From positions 37,696,001 to 37,760,000 of the forward strand of contig OZ024742.1 of the NCBI GenBank assembly GCA_964016885.1: a stretch of 64,000 bases of DNA. The letters run 5' to 3'. A program made the translations under genes and the position numbers. Numbering within the stretch: the first letter of the stretch is position 1; each line of letters opens with the position of its first letter. Shown one piece after another: positions 1 to 15,457 of this stretch. Below the pieces are notes generated by a model. The model did no database searches. It was given only the letters and a program-made list of their open reading frames with translations, and had not been told where the DNA came from. This stretch comes from Eledone cirrhosa (Eukaryota).

Positions 1-464
1 CCACACTGTAAAGTTGCCATTTTGGTGCCAAGATAAAAGGCACTCAGTCCAAAACAGTAAATGTGGTTGGCATTAGGAAGGGCACACAGCTGTAGAAACC
101 AAGCCAGAAACAGTCCAGTGTGAGCAAGACACGGTCATCTGATCTGACCTGTCTCACAATGGTACACCCTGTCTAACCCATGCTAGAGTAGAAAATGGAC
201 ATTAAACAGTAATGATGATAAAATAAACACTTTAAACATTTTTATATTGTAGAATCAAAAGCAATTTCACATGGTTTAGTATTAAAAAAGTTAATTAAAT
301 ATAGTTATCACATTTAGCATTCTTTTGCAAAGGAGCTTTAGATTTCACTATGAACAACTCAACACAACTGAAGTCTGCTGCTAACACTTCAAGCTTATGG
401 ACTGAGATATTCTACATTCATTTAACCTTCAATTTAATTTGACTATTGTTTTATATGAACATGT

Positions 465-735
465 AATCTAGTGGTTAGAGTATTGGGCTAACAATTGTAA
501 CTATGGGTTTAAATCAAAAACCACCATGCTGCAGTTTGTGTTCTTGAGCAAGACACTTCATTTTACATTGTACCAGTTCACTTGGCAGAAAACAAGTACC
601 AGTAGCAGCTGTGGGTTATACCTGTGACAGACTAGCATCCCGTCCAGAGGGAGTATTTTACACTCAGTCATTTAAAGCCAAAGAAATTGAAATAAGCCCC
701 AGCCTGATGACCCTCTGGGCTGGAGACAGAATTTA
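465..735 (+). mobile_element. tRNA-derived SINE with Nin/Deu-like core (decayed)
   Basis: A-box-like tagtggttaga and B-box-like ggtttaaatc, then tgtgttcttgagcaagacactt...ccagttcac...aagtacc. Related pieces at about 27380-27455(-), 28690-28930(+), 30930-31110(+) and 60800-61115(-). Confidence 0.55.
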
Positions 736-845
736 AGCTTTAACATTAAGAACATACATCAGAGTATATTTATAATAATCTTCACTAATTAAAAATTATT
801 GGAAATGATAAGTAAAAGAGATGAATGATAGTGATGGTAGAGGAA

Positions 846-1356
846 TACCAAGGAAATACCCTCCATCAGGGATCTACCATACTCTGAACGCCTTGCTTCC
901 CTGGGCATGGATTCATTGAAGCTCCGACGTCTGGCAATAGATTTGGTAAACACCCACAAAGTTATTAACCATCTCGCCAACAACAGCCCTGAGCACCTTT
1001 TTGATCTCCATGTGTCTAACACACATGGACATGCCTACAAAATCAGAAAACAGCACAGCTCCCATGACTTTCGTAAACATTTTTCACGCTCAGAGTTGCT
1101 GAAGCATGGAACAAACTGCCTGCGTTAGTTGTTAGCTGCCGAGACACTGCATCCTTTAAAACCCTCATGCTTCCCGAAATACGCCAAAACTACACCTGAT
1201 GTACCCCTTCCATACATATGCACACATGTGTATATCATGACTATTGCACTGTTGTTTTTCCTGACGTTTGTACATTACCCTATGTACTATACATACACTT
1301 TTGATGAGTTGTAGTGCACCTGAGCACTGTACACAATATTTCATTATTATTATTAA
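846..1356 (+). mobile_element. CR1-clade LINE 3' fragment
   Basis: Encodes IPSIRDLPYSERLASLGMDSLKLRRL..., matching the C-terminus of the RT ORF at 41280-42152. 3' UTR ends ...gagcactgtacacaatatttc(att)n. Confidence 0.85.
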
Positions 1357-1777
1357 ATAATAGTAGGCAACAAACAAGTTGACACAAAAGTGAAAGAACT
1401 GGCAATATACTGTATTGCAAAATTCAGTCACTCTATGATATTATAAAAAAACAGACATTAGAATTATAATGTTGACTACTGGAAGGGTGAGGCCAGGAAA
1501 AACATGAGCAGAGGTGGTGAAAACCTATCTCAAGAAACTACAGCTCATAAAGGAAATGACAAAGGAGAGAGACAAGATGAAAGATGCAGTACTGTAGGTA
1601 ACTCGTTTAACCCATGCAAGCACGGATGTGATGATGATGAGCTTGAGGCCTATTTTACATGAACTTTAAAACACATAAATTACTCACTTTCATTATAAAC
1701 TCCTCAAAAATAATTTTACCTTCTTTCAGAATTTTTAAACAACTAAATATTGAATGCAACTAAATTGCAGTACAAAC

Positions 1778-1928
1778 CTTTTCCAAATCATGCTGGGTGG
1801 CATTTAAAAGCTGTTCTCCACTCCTGACCCATCGCCGTGCCTCATGGACATACATGTCAAGGCCAATTTCATGTAGCCAAGAGACAACCCGTTCATTATC
1901 CCAACTCTCAAATGGTACATTTGAATCA
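1778..1928 (-). CDS. PPFIBP1: Liprin-beta exon, first SAM domain: DSNVPFESWDNERVVSWLHEIGLDMYVHEARRWVRSGEQLLNATQHDLEK
   Basis: tgttttctag|T acceptor, AAG|gtttgt donor; 151 nt, phase 2 to 0; SAM pattern W-x4-V-x2-WL-x2-IGL-x2-Y...G-x2-LL...DLEK. Confidence 0.92.
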
Positions 1929-4551
1929 CTAGAAAACAAACAAAAACATGTCAATTCCCTGCAGTACAGAAAGTGAAACAAGCAGATTTTAAAAATCACT
2001 AGATCAAAGAAATTAGTCATTTGATTATATATTATACTCTTTGTTAACATGGTAACATTATAATTTAAATAGTATCTTTTAAGTCTCCCCTCCACGCCCC
2101 CCCCCTACACACACATCATTAATGCATTTAAACTGTATTAAATTACATTGTATTAAAAAATACTTTCAATTTAAAGAAAAACAATATAATTTAACCCTTT
2201 AGCATTTATATTAATCTACATTTACTATTGTATTTTCACGGTAAAGGCTTTACCTTACATAATTATCTCACATAATATCGAATCTATGAGATTTTGATAT
2301 TATTTATTTTGAGAACAATACTTTAAAGTTGATATAAGGAGCCAGTTACGGCTAGTTTGAACAGAAAGAGGTGAGAGAATTCTGGCCAGATATGACTTGT
2401 TTAAATGCTAAAGGGTTAAGACATACATATATTAACAATAACAACAATAATAATTGTTTCTACTTTTGGCACAAGGCCAGCAATTACCCAGTACATTACT
2501 GGTACTTTATTTTATCGACCCCATAAGGATGAAAGGCGAAGTTAACCTCGGCAGGATTTGAACTCAGAATGGCAAGGGCCGTAACTCTATGCATCAAAGC
2601 ATAGCGTCCGACCCTCTACCGATACTACCAATTCAACAATAATAATAATAATAATTTCTAACATAGGCACAAAGTCAGAAATTTTGGGGAAGGGGAAAGT
2701 TGATTATATCAACCCCAGTACACAACTGGTACTTTATTTCATCAACCCGAGAAAGATGAAAGTCAAAGTTAACCTCAGCAGTATTTGAACTCATAATGGA
2801 AAGGGCTGTAACTAAAAAGCACATGGTCATTTTGTCTAAAGCTCTAATGTAATAATGATTTCTTTATTCACCACAAAGGATCCACATTAAGAAAAACATT
2901 GAGTATGTGTGTTTTGCATGTAAACAGATTTAATACAGAGAAGTAACAACAAAAATATTAACAATGGTTATTCCTCAATAGGGAGATGTCCAAAGGCTAC
3001 TTGTGGAAATACACCATAAAACCACAGTTGTTTTGACCACTAGGTGGGTGCTCTCTCTCAGTTCTTCAGCCCCGATTTACAGGCATATACTCAGAGCAGG
3101 CCCGTTCACTAGGACCATGCTTGGCACTCTCATTCCCTTTTCAAGAAAATAGATGGGAGGCAACACTTCCCTCTCCACCCCGATTTTCCTCTTCAATTGA
3201 AAAAATTGATGAGGGAGTCGCCAAAGTGGAAAGTGTCTTTAGCCCCTTCAACCATGTCCACCATACAACCTCTTATGCCATGGCCACCAGGCATATTAAA
3301 ACTACCTGCTCTTCCCGGTTAAACAAAGGCAACAGCGCAATCTTCAGTATGGATTCAGTTGATAGCTGGATCCACCCTATACATGACAGCAGGTTTTTGA
3401 CATAAACCCACAGGTCAACAATGCTCGGGCACTGAACAAGTGCATGCAGAACGGTTTTGTCTGTCTGTGAGCATCTTGGACATGTTTGACTGACAGTAAT
3501 TCCATGCCTGTAGAGTTTATCTTAAATTGGCAAAACTTCACGGTAGCACTGCCAGGTCAGGGTTTTCTGGAAGTTATCCATTGGCCCTGGACCGAAAGTT
3601 CTCTGGAAGAGAGTGGCTAGTTACTCATCTTTGACACCCAGGGTCTCCCCAAGAACACTGTTCCTTTACCCCACCGCTAATCCTCTATAGAATACCAAGG
3701 TAGAGTTTCTGCCAATCATAGTGCTCAACTGGCTGAAGGCTGGAGTGCTTGAAGACATTCCAGTTTCCAAGTGCCCCCTCTTAGTCTTTGCTTGACCCAG
3801 GAGTATAGTTCTGTTAAGGAGATGAACTGGGGAAATGTGTCTGGCGAAATGCTACCATACCTGTTCACCATCAAGGAAACGCTAGAGATGTCATAGCCTC
3901 AGAGCATGTTTACACATCATCAACCATAGCATGCCCAGCCCTCCATGCAGTGGGTGTTGATAGCAAATCAACTGCTTGACCAGTAGAACCTGTCCCTTCC
4001 ACAAAAAGCGAAAGAGTAACTCACGTTATCTTTATCTACTTCCCTACAGAATACCCTATCTAGATATTATCTGAATGACCTGATCTGGTTTGACCAGTCA
4101 CCCACTAACACTAAAGAGCCGGACATTCCTAGAAAAGTTTCCAGATGCTTAAAGAATTCTGGCTGTCCTGCCCCCGTAGGAGCATAGACAGCAACCAGCC
4201 TAAAAGCATGTCATTCACTGCTGGTCACGACCAGTACCCCCAACTTACATTTTGGATCCAGGAAGATGGTCCGTATCATGAGATCCAGGCCTTTCTGAAA
4301 CAACACAGTGACTTTGCCTCCTGCTCCCGGATGATTTGGAGATGTGTACACCTCAAAGATCCAAAAATAGGGGCAAAGTCTCATGGTTTAGAAATTCTAG
4401 TCTCGCTGATGGCTACTACATCTATGTTCAGTGACCTGAGGTCATTGAGCAGGTGACCCTGCTTCCAAAGTGACCCCAGGTCACGTGTATTCACACTGGC
4501 TTTTCTGAGCAAGGCCATGTTAATGAAAAAAGAAAAGTGAGAAAGAACCCT

Positions 4552-4585
<34 letters not shown>

Positions 4586-7500
4586 AAAAATAAACCCAGG
4601 TTAGACATATATAGCATCTATAAACATACAAGCAAAGAAAACCAAAAGTGGTGCTACATAAAGACTTTTTAAAAACATAAATCTGAGGAAATATATTGAA
4701 AAGTAAGTAGAACAGAACATTGATAAGTAAAAATACTAATACAACAAAGGTCAGTGTGTAAGATTAGGAATGTGAAATTGTGGTCTATACATACAATGAA
4801 AAAAAACACAGGCCATGCAGTAAATGAATTAATAGAGATAAGAAGAAGTGAAGACTGTTTTCTTGGTGTATTTTGAATGGGTTCTTTAAATCAACACCCA
4901 GGTTTTAAGTGCCTGAAGTTAATTGGAATATGTAGCAACTTCTAAAAATAACATATATATATATCAAGTCATGCATAAATATAATGATGATATGATAATG
5001 ATAGATTTCAGAAAGATGTTATATGTGTGTATTTGTATGATACACACATATATACACATGTGTATGACAGAGAATAGAAACAATCTTATAAATGGTACAA
5101 CCAAGATTCTCTTCATTTGTAGCTAGTTGATCACTTATACTCTGTGATGGAAATGAGTTTTAGAAAAACTAAGTGTATGCCAAAGTCTAAGGGGTGGGGG
5201 TGAGGGTAATACATTTTCTAAGAAACTGAAAAATAGGGATAAGCTGTCTCCCCTTGTATACCCTCCAATTTCCATAACTGACTTTCAAGAAAACCCTTAT
5301 ATTGGTACTCTTGTGACTTTTAATGTTATTGTGCCCAACACACAAGCTTTTTGAATTTCTAGGGAGTTAATTTCGTTCCCACAAATGAAACACCTACGTT
5401 TACAATTAACCCTTTTATTACCATATTTCTAATGAAAAACACTGCCTATGATTTTCAATTAATTTTGAAAAATAAATAAGAATTTGTAAAGATTTAGTAA
5501 TATAATTAACTTTCTCATTAATAAGCTGGTGTTTGGAACATAGTTTATCAAAGGTTCCTAAATAAAATTATGATGGAAGGTTTTAAAATAAATATGGACA
5601 TTTTGAAATATACAGGCTTGTATCTTAGAATCAGGATCACTTCCAGGTGGATTGGTATCAAAAGTAATTTTAATATATGGCTTCAATAAAAGAACATAAA
5701 AATTTTGTAAGAAAAATGATAAGATGGTAATAAAAATTGAACAACATATTTAGCTTCAATTTTAAGTCCCACTCGTGCCATTTATTAAATGTTTGTCATT
5801 TACTATTTTACCTACACAATGTACACATAATTTGGTGAATAAATAACTAAATACAAATAACAGAAACTGATTCATAAAACACACTTTAATATATATATGT
5901 ATATAAATTTATAAATGAACATCTAAAATAACAAATAAACTAAGAAAGGTCGAAATGTTTAATAAACAGAACAGAGTTCATGAATTGTATATTTGAAAAT
6001 AAGAAGCCATTTAAAAAAAGAAAATTTTTTTTCTTTAAATTTTAAAGAAGCCAAAAACATGCATATAGTTATGAGTAAGGGCCAAGGCCTACTAGCAGAA
6101 TATCAAGCAACAGCCATATATAAAGTCACCAGTTTGAAAAAGCACAGTTTAAATTTTGTAGCTTGCTTAATTCTTTAGCTTAAGGTAAAGGGGCATGCTC
6201 CAAACCCAAGTTGGATGAAAAAATATGAGAAATATTTTTGAAAATGTTTCTCTTTTTATTTTTGTTTTTCCATGTAAATTGTGTGTGTGCATATATATAT
6301 AAATAAAATGGGTGATTGGACTATATATATTTTCATTTGAATATATATCTGATTAAATTAAACCTCAACTGGAGATTATATCAACCAGTATGATATACAG
6401 CTGTTGTTATTTTCTAGTAATTCATTAGAGTTAATGTGGCAACTAACACGATAAGGAGTTAAGAAATATAAACAGCTTAACATTACAAATGGATATTAAT
6501 TATCATAAAACTGATGATTCAATAAATAAAATAACAAATACTCAGTTAATCAAAACAAAAAATAAAACAAAAATATAAAACCAAATCAGAAAGGACTTCA
6601 TATATTTTCAATAAGTAAATTGACTTATTTCATAAATATAAGACATTTTTCTATATAAAAAATATATATATAAACAATGAATTTGGGTCAACTAGAAAAT
6701 TAGACTTTTTGATTTATGAAAGAAATAGAAGTTAAAAATATATTATTTTCACTATTGTTGCAAAAACTAGATTACATTCCTGACTACCTTCAAAAGACAA
6801 TCATACATAACTTTTATAAAGATTTTCTCATTGAATGTTTATAAAAGAAAATGAGGAAGAGTAAATTTCCTTAACTCTTAACCCCTTTCAATGATTTAGC
6901 AGAATATAAATACAAAAAGGCTCATTAATTCAAATGTTTTACTTGTGAAATTTAACACTATTAGAGTAAAGACTCACTGCTGCTTTGTACTTGCTAATGT
7001 GGTTTCATGTGGTACAGAATGTTAAAAGTTAATAAGTAACTTAGGTTGTGTAATTAATAATTCTTGATGTAAAAAAAGTAATTGTTTAAATTTTCGCTAC
7101 TTCCTTTTTGAATCAGTACTGTTATATTTTCTACATTAGTAATAATATTATAATATATATCTTTTGATTTAAAAAAGAGATTCTATGACCAATTTAGAGA
7201 CAAAGCATTCAAATTCTATAAAACAGACAAAATAAATAAAGCAAAGATGAGGAAGAAAAATAAATGAAATAAACTGTATTGCTTGTTCAAAAAAAAACAA
7301 ACAAATGTTTTGAAATCTTTAGTCCTTCTCCATAATTCCAGTGGGTTTAACCCCACCTCATGATTAAATTGTGGAGGCAAAAAAGGGGAAATTGAAGAGA
7401 AATTAAGCACTAATGGAAAATTGTAGGAAATGTTTGTTTTTAAATCAAAATAAATTGAGGCATGAATGCATTCCATGCACTAGCACCACTGGAATGAACA

Positions 7501-9924
7501 TCAGGTGTAAGACTCCACCAGATGGGAAGAGAAAACATTTACTTACTGGTTTATTTTTAAATCTTTCGACCAGGCCAGCCGTGCCCCAGCTGTAGCCCGG
7601 ATACCTCCACGCCTAAATTCTTCATTCATGTCACCATCAAAGTCTTGAGAACTGCTTCGTTTTAATCTGAAACAGAAGTCGTTTTCTTCGATAGGTATCC
7701 AATGGCTTGTTGTTATTTCCAGCATTTGCCAACATAAGGAAGTCCTCAGAATTTGACTGATCACAAGAAAACTGCTTAATTCATCCAATACTATTATCAC
7801 AGGTCTCCACTGCTGGATAGGCTCAACCCCCAAATATATAAAACTCAACTGTAAAAAAAATCTTTACAAATAACTCTATATTGTTTTCCTATCCTTCTTT
7901 AAAAACAAACTGGTTCAGATTAAAACCAAGTGTCTGTATATTTTCATCAAATAGTGTAAAAAAAAATGTAAATAATATGAATAACCCTGTTACAAAATGC
8001 TGAGTGGATTTGAATTTTAAAAGTGTGTTAGCTTATAGTAAGCTGCTACAATGTAAGTTTGACTATAAAGTAGTTGAATAAGTTGGGCATATAAACCCAT
8101 AGAAATGAAAAATAGTGGCCTTATTCAACTATTTTATAGTGAATCTTGAGTTGTAGCCACTTACAGTAAGCTAACACACTTTCAAAATGTAAATAGGATT
8201 TTATAAAATGCCCAAGATATGCCTGTGTATTATAGATGTCGTCCATGTAATTACTTGGTCAGTAATATGCCTAAGTGACTCACAGAATATACACATCCAA
8301 AAGTGTATATAGAATATACATATCCAAATATATGATAGATTTCTTTGGTTTAAAACTTTTATTTACAATAAAATGGATGATAAAGATGAAAACACACCAT
8401 ATTATTTCTGAATATATGTTACCAATTTTTAATATACTCCAGCAATAGACTTGCTGAAATTTACACTTCAAGAATAGTCTATATTAGTAGTTATATTGTT
8501 GTAAGAGGCAACTAAAAGGGTTGATTCCAGGAGGGAATCCATCTGTAAAACAGTCTCAAAAACGACTCCATGATAAGTATAAAGCCTGCCATGGGTCTGC
8601 AAGGCTAACCCTTGTTTCGGCAGGGGAAATAGCTTTCAAACGCTTCTTGTTGGTGTTGTTGAAGTAGTAATTGTCTAAATAAATGATAATTATGAACTTC
8701 CTATTCTATTTTATGATTAGCCATTCATGTGATATTTATTTTATAAAATAATGTTAAGATAAACATCAAAATTGTTTTACAAAATAAGAAATGGATCTCC
8801 GTCAAATTTGACAATGAGTATTCTGTTCTTTGATCAATTGCACTACTTGCTCATTATTGGCTGAGTATTCCACAGTAATAAGTACCCTTAATAGAACCCT
8901 TAATCAGAATCAGTGTAACAGTGTGTGACAAGGTTAGATCTTTGAATTAGGATCTAATTCAGGTCCTCATGATTGTAAAGCAAACTTCCTAGCCATTCAG
9001 CCATGGTGCACCAAAATAATAACATAATTAAAAGAACCTAAGATGTGCATGAAGCCTATCATTGGGGGGCCTGCAAGGCAAAGCCCTCTTTTAGCAAGAA
9101 AAATGGCTTTAAAACCCTTGTTATTATACACAATTAAATGACATGTATGTCTATGAGTCAAGAAATGTGAAATTAATTTTGGACGGATGGGTGACTAGTT
9201 CAAAATTATCTAACCATAAAAAGCAAAATGTTCGAGACTAGCTAAGTGTTCCTGTTTCATTATTTGTATTCCATATCAGAAGTATAGTAAATCATCCTCT
9301 TTTTAGAATAAATGTCCATGTCTGGCTATGATGAATCATGCATTATAGACTGACAGTTTAAGTTCATGTAACATTAGGATAAACAACTAGTTTATTTACA
9401 ATAGCACATCCTTCCTATTTTGCACTGTCACCTTGTTTAAATCAGGAAACTTAATATTTTGAAGTGGCCATCCTATTAACTTTAACTAGGAAGTTTTATT
9501 TATATGCATAAAAAATGAATTAATTAACAATAGATATATCTTGAATTGTGAGTGAAAATATATGAAATATGAGAGTTGGTAAATAAATGATCATAGTAAT
9601 AAAGTAAAGAATATGGAATCATTAAATTATTTTTAGAAGTTTTAGAAGAATATGGAACTTTCCAGTGTGGCAATATAGATGGCTTTGTTTCTCATTTAAT
9701 AAACATATATTTGTATATATTGTTATTGTTGTTGCTGCTACAATGCACACCTGTGTAGGTTTAGTTGGACTCCTATGAGTTTACATCTCATAAAATGTTG
9801 CTTGGATGCTTTAAAGTTAGGGGGTCCCAGGCAAAGAGATGAAAGGTAAAGCTGACCTTGGTAGGATTTGAACCTAGAGTGCAGTGAGAAGTAACAAATA
9901 CAGACATATCTGATGTCCTAATGG

Positions 9925-9961
<37 letters not shown>

Positions 9962-12900
9962 TAATACAATCTGAGTATTATACTATACTCAAGCTCCGTT
10001 GTTTTTGGTAATACAATATTTCATTAGTGTTAAGATGAGATACTTCACATATGCATGGTTACACATATCATCATCATTGTTTAACATCCATCTTACATGC
10101 TAATGGTGGTAAAATATTAACAGCTCCTTTGGGATGCAACACTTTGGAAAGTAAATTTCATAGTAAAATTGAAAGAATAATACATATTATTGGTAGAGCA
10201 CTACATTATAACTGATACTAATGATGGAGGGAAGGTGCTAGAAATGTAGATGTAATGAAATATAAGGTAAATACATGTAACATGAATGGCCCAGAAATAA
10301 ATTACCCTCAAGGGTAGAAGAGTTAATGAAGAGTTAAAATGAAACTGAATCAGTAAAATGTTCTTGTGAACAGTCAATGACAGAGAAGCATTCCAGCATA
10401 GAATGGTTTGAATATGATCAGAAAATGAAGGAATCTAAATGAGCTTTCTAACAATGACATTTTAACACAGGCATGCACACATATAGACACAATATACATA
10501 TATATACTTTCATTCATAACATTAATTAATCCTAAACTCAATCAAATGATTCCTACCTTTACCATTACTCATTTAACAAACACAATTACCAAACTTATAA
10601 TCACCATCATCACTATTATGATTATGATTATAATTATTATTATTATTATTATTATTATCATCATCACCACCACCATCATCATTAGTTATATTACAATATC
10701 ACTGTGCTCTTGATTAGATTTCAGCTGCAAAATTATCTCTGAAACTACTAATAATGATATTAATGTAAATTATTATTGTTGTTATTATTATTATTATAAA
10801 TATTATTATTATCATCATCATCATCATAAGCTTAACTGTAAGTTGAAGCATTAGTGTATTAGAGGACTATATAAACTGGCTACTAAAGAAATGAAATATC
10901 AGTTCAATGTAATAGGTTTGTTGAAAACATATCCATATATCATATATGACTGCTACTCATTGAAAAAATAAGGTACCTAATTCAGTTTACAAAACAGCAG
11001 CAGTAAGTAATCACTCACACTCCATTATCCCATTAAACAATAAGACGCTTCATAACTTTTGAAAATATTTTCATGATTAAACAGTAAATATATTGAAACT
11101 TTTGATGATAGTGAAGACGAGACAAAACATATTATTTATGATTTGGTTGCCAGTGACATTAAATATTACTGACATGGCATATCATTAGCTTCTTACTGCT
11201 AGAGAATAAATATTTTTCTTTATTATGTATCTACACATAACAAATAACAAACATTCTTTTAATTTCAATTAAAATATATAAGTTGGTCTTAATTATTGTC
11301 TTCATTATCACCACTGTTTAATGTCTTTTCTTCATTAGTGCATAGATTGGTTGTCATGTTATGAGGTTATATAGCTCAAGTGACCACATCTTGCTTATAT
11401 AAGGTTTTTAATTGGTTTTCTACAGCTGGACACTTCCTTATGCCAACCACATTACAGCATGTACTGAGGGCTTTTCCATGACACTAGCACTACCATCTTA
11501 CAGGGTGTACTAGGTGCTTTTTGTTGTGGCATATATATATATACATGTACACACACACAATCATAATGCTGGCATGTGCTATACAGGTTGCAAACACTAT
11601 CTGATACAGAACTCTATACATAGAACAGAATGAGATAATATATGCAATACACATTCGCACACAAACACAAGTAAATTTGTTTATCCTATATTTGGTCAAT
11701 GTACAACAGATTCTATATATCAAGAGAAGTTGAAGTAATTTGAATCCACATGATGAACATCTAGATACGATATAACAAACAGATGAGATCTCTTAGTTTC
11801 TTGAAAAATACAACTGCAAAGCAAAAAAAAGTTATTTTTCTTAAAACAAATTTTCTTTCTTGGTCACCCAACAAGAATACAATGAATATGTTAATTGTAA
11901 CTTGTAGGTAGAAATTTATGTTAGACAAAACAATTATTAAAACACACAATAGAAAAGGAAAAAAATACAAGCAAATGATAAGAAGTTGATTTTTTTTTTT
12001 TGTTTCAAATGTATGCTTCTATAAAACCATCATTTGAAATAATGGTTTTACACACGCATTAGGAGTGAATACATGCTCCATCCGAAAAACAAAAAAAGCC
12101 ATGCAATACAGAAATGACTTAATTGTTGAAAACCACAAATTTCAGTTGTGTGGAATTCAGAAAAATGAAGCACAGAATATAGCAAGTCCTCACTCTACAT
12201 TTTTTTCTATTTAGATATTGACTTTTTGAAAAAAAAAAAGAGTAAATATATCGAGGAACAAATAGTTATTTATAAAAAAAACAACAAATTAATAACTTTG
12301 AAATATTTATAAATGTCTTGGTCAATGTTATTTTACTGTCAGAAAATTGCAGTGTTTAATTTAAAATATACACAAAAATGTGAAGCTTTCAAGCAGACAG
12401 GTTTGTAACATTAATAATACTATCATTTTAATATACATTTAATTTCTGTTCTAAACATACAAGCTAATCATTATAATCTCAAGAAAATATTTAATAATTT
12501 TCTATATTTTTACATTGTTTTAGATGTGATTTAAAATTAATACTGAAATAGCAACACCGTTTTGGGGCCATTTTCTCTACTAAAGCAGGGATTAGTCATG
12601 TGGGCCCTATGATAGGCTTCATACTTGACATTGTCTAAAAACAGCCAGTGTTTTACAGTCGGATACTTATCCTAGTACCAACTTATTTAGTAGCATCTTA
12701 CAACACACAGGTATATGGTGTTCCTATTCTAAACTGAATATACTGTGTGATCGATACACAATAGGATCAAATCTGAAAACGTGGTTACAAAGCAAACTTC
12801 TTAGCCACACACCTATACCTGATAATTATTTTATTAACCCCAGTAGGTAGGATTTGAATTCAGAATCACAAAAGATGAAAGCAAATATTGTAAAGCATTG

Positions 12901-15405
12901 AATATTACTAAATTATTTTGTCTAGGCAACTTTCACTCAAATATTTGTTGCAATATTTATATTTAACAGCAAAAGAGAAAATTATAAGTAACTGTCATCT
13001 TTCATAACATGGATATTCTATATTTCAATTTAAATCTAGAATAAAAGTAATATATTTTGTTAAAGTTATACACCATGAAATATGTATATAGATCTAAAAA
13101 ACAACTTGAAATTTAATATAGGAAAGAGGGAACTATAGTTTAATGATCTTACCAGAAACTTTTAAGTTTGAAGTCCAAGCTGCAAACCTGCCAGTGGATA
13201 CATTTATCTTACAAGACAATACAACAGGAATTAACTATAATTTATTCTTGAAAACAGAATTTAACAATTAAATATTCAAAACATTAACTCTTTTGATATC
13301 AACCCACCCCAAATTGACTCTGTTTCTATGAAATAAAACAACCCATTTCAATCAAAAACTTGTGATTTAATATAAAAATTCTAGTAAATTTCTCCAAATT
13401 TTTTCTGATAGATAATTAGAAGAACTTATTGAAATATTAAAAACAAATAATTGCTTTTATAACCAATGAAATAATAATAATAAAATAATCGTATGACTTT
13501 GGAAAAGTCAATCAATTTCCGAACATTTCCTAATTATTTCTTTAGTGTGAAGTAGAGGAAAACTTGCTAAGAAGAAGAATAATGAGATGACAAACAACAA
13601 TAGCTTGCTGAAGTTGTAAAATTGCAGTTGAAACTTAGAAGAACATTCTGAGTTCATGCTAGACACAGGTAGATTGCAGAATTTAGTGCAGAGCATGGTG
13701 CTTAAGATGTAATATTTAACGAAGGAACTGCACACCACATACATTGGAAAATTAATTAGGGTTGGATTAAAAAACAACAAATAAATAAATAAAATTTCTG
13801 GGAGGATATTTTTTTACCTGCCAATAAATCGTTTGAAACCTTTCCACCTGCCACTGTCTGTGTGATGTAACCTATTACGAACATTGCTATGCCGTCCAGT
13901 GCCGTCTTCATCATCTGTAGCAACCTCTGATTGTGCTGGAGGAGATAAAAACAAAAATAAGCTACAGTAATATATAAATCCTCTATATTACAACAAGCAT
14001 TTTAAACTTTTCATTATCAAACCACTTAAAACTGGCTATAGTTCTATGAAACAAAACCACTCATTTTAAAGGATTCCTATTTTAATTAAAAATTTCCAAC
14101 ATAATTAATAATTTTAGTAAATCGCTCAACACTTTTTCATTTATCAACTGGAATGGAGTGTATCATTAGAAATATGGTAACAAAAGGTTTAAGGTCATTT
14201 TCCTTGTGTGTATCTGGTTTAGAATAGGTGTAGTGCATATCTGCATGTGTTTAGAGGTGACTAAAATAGTGTCAGGTATGGCATTTGGCTGTAAAACATT
14301 GAGAATGTTCAACCTTATGTGTATAGGAAGGAAATATTAAGTATGCTAGTTTTCTATCTTCATCCATCCATGAGCCCTGAACTCCTAATGCAGTAGTTGG
14401 GACAACACAATGACATATAGCATGTCTTAGGCATTTAAACCTGGTAGAGTTCATCTCTCTCCAGGTTGTTCTTTGTGCATGTGTGTGCAAATGAATAAAT
14501 ATTACCAAATTATAACATCTCTACAATGGTTGTCCACATAACCATTACATAGCTCAACTTAGTAATACAATTATAAACCTATATACTATTCCAGTTACAA
14601 GCACACACATATATATAGTTTATTAATGCTAATCTAGTGGCCTGTTACTTTGGGAGTTTTCCCTACATGCTACTAGTTCCTCAGGCAATTGTAGACTGGA
14701 TACAGTTTTGAACTATCTGAGGAACCTGAAGTTTGGTATAGATATGATATCCTGTCCAAAAGGAGGTTATATTTCTTTGCTCTACTTAACTCAGTACAAT
14801 CTATTTGTTCTCAGAGGCATTTATCGTTTATCACATTCTAAACATTGGCGACAGTATATTATTAAAAAGATATTGATTTTTCACATTAACTTGATGTTAT
14901 TGATCTAAGAGTATGAAGTATAGTCAATAGAATCGACAACAGTACTTTAACAGTTAATTTATCCTTGGCAATATTTAAACTCAGAATATAAGGTGGGGTG
15001 GTGGTAGTAGTGGTGGAGGAGGTATCAAATATCAGAGACCATTTTGTTTTGTAATAGAGTGTCTCTTTTTGTTGGATGGTAATGTAAAATAAATAAATAT
15101 AAAAAAGAGTAAATGTGTATAACACAAGTTAAGAGATTGAAACCATAAGAAATAACCATCTTCAAACACATTAGGAGATATATGCATGTGTGTATTATGC
15201 ATATGTACATACATTTGTATATTTTTTTTGTATGCCTTTATGTGTACATGTGTGTATGTGTGTGTATATGACTTCAGCATTTTAGTTAGAGAATTCATGA
15301 AATAGATTACACAACACATAAAAAACACAAACATACGTAAGTATAATAAACACACACTAAGATTCATATTTCAAAATATTTGAAAAATTTATGCATGTAT
15401 GCATG

Positions 15406-15457
<52 letters not shown>

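Noticed and set aside
6960-7030. Apparent minus-strand donor GCA|gtgagt
   Set aside because: It lies in a dispersed repeat (catgaaaccacattagcaa, also at about 34070, 40540 and 55440).
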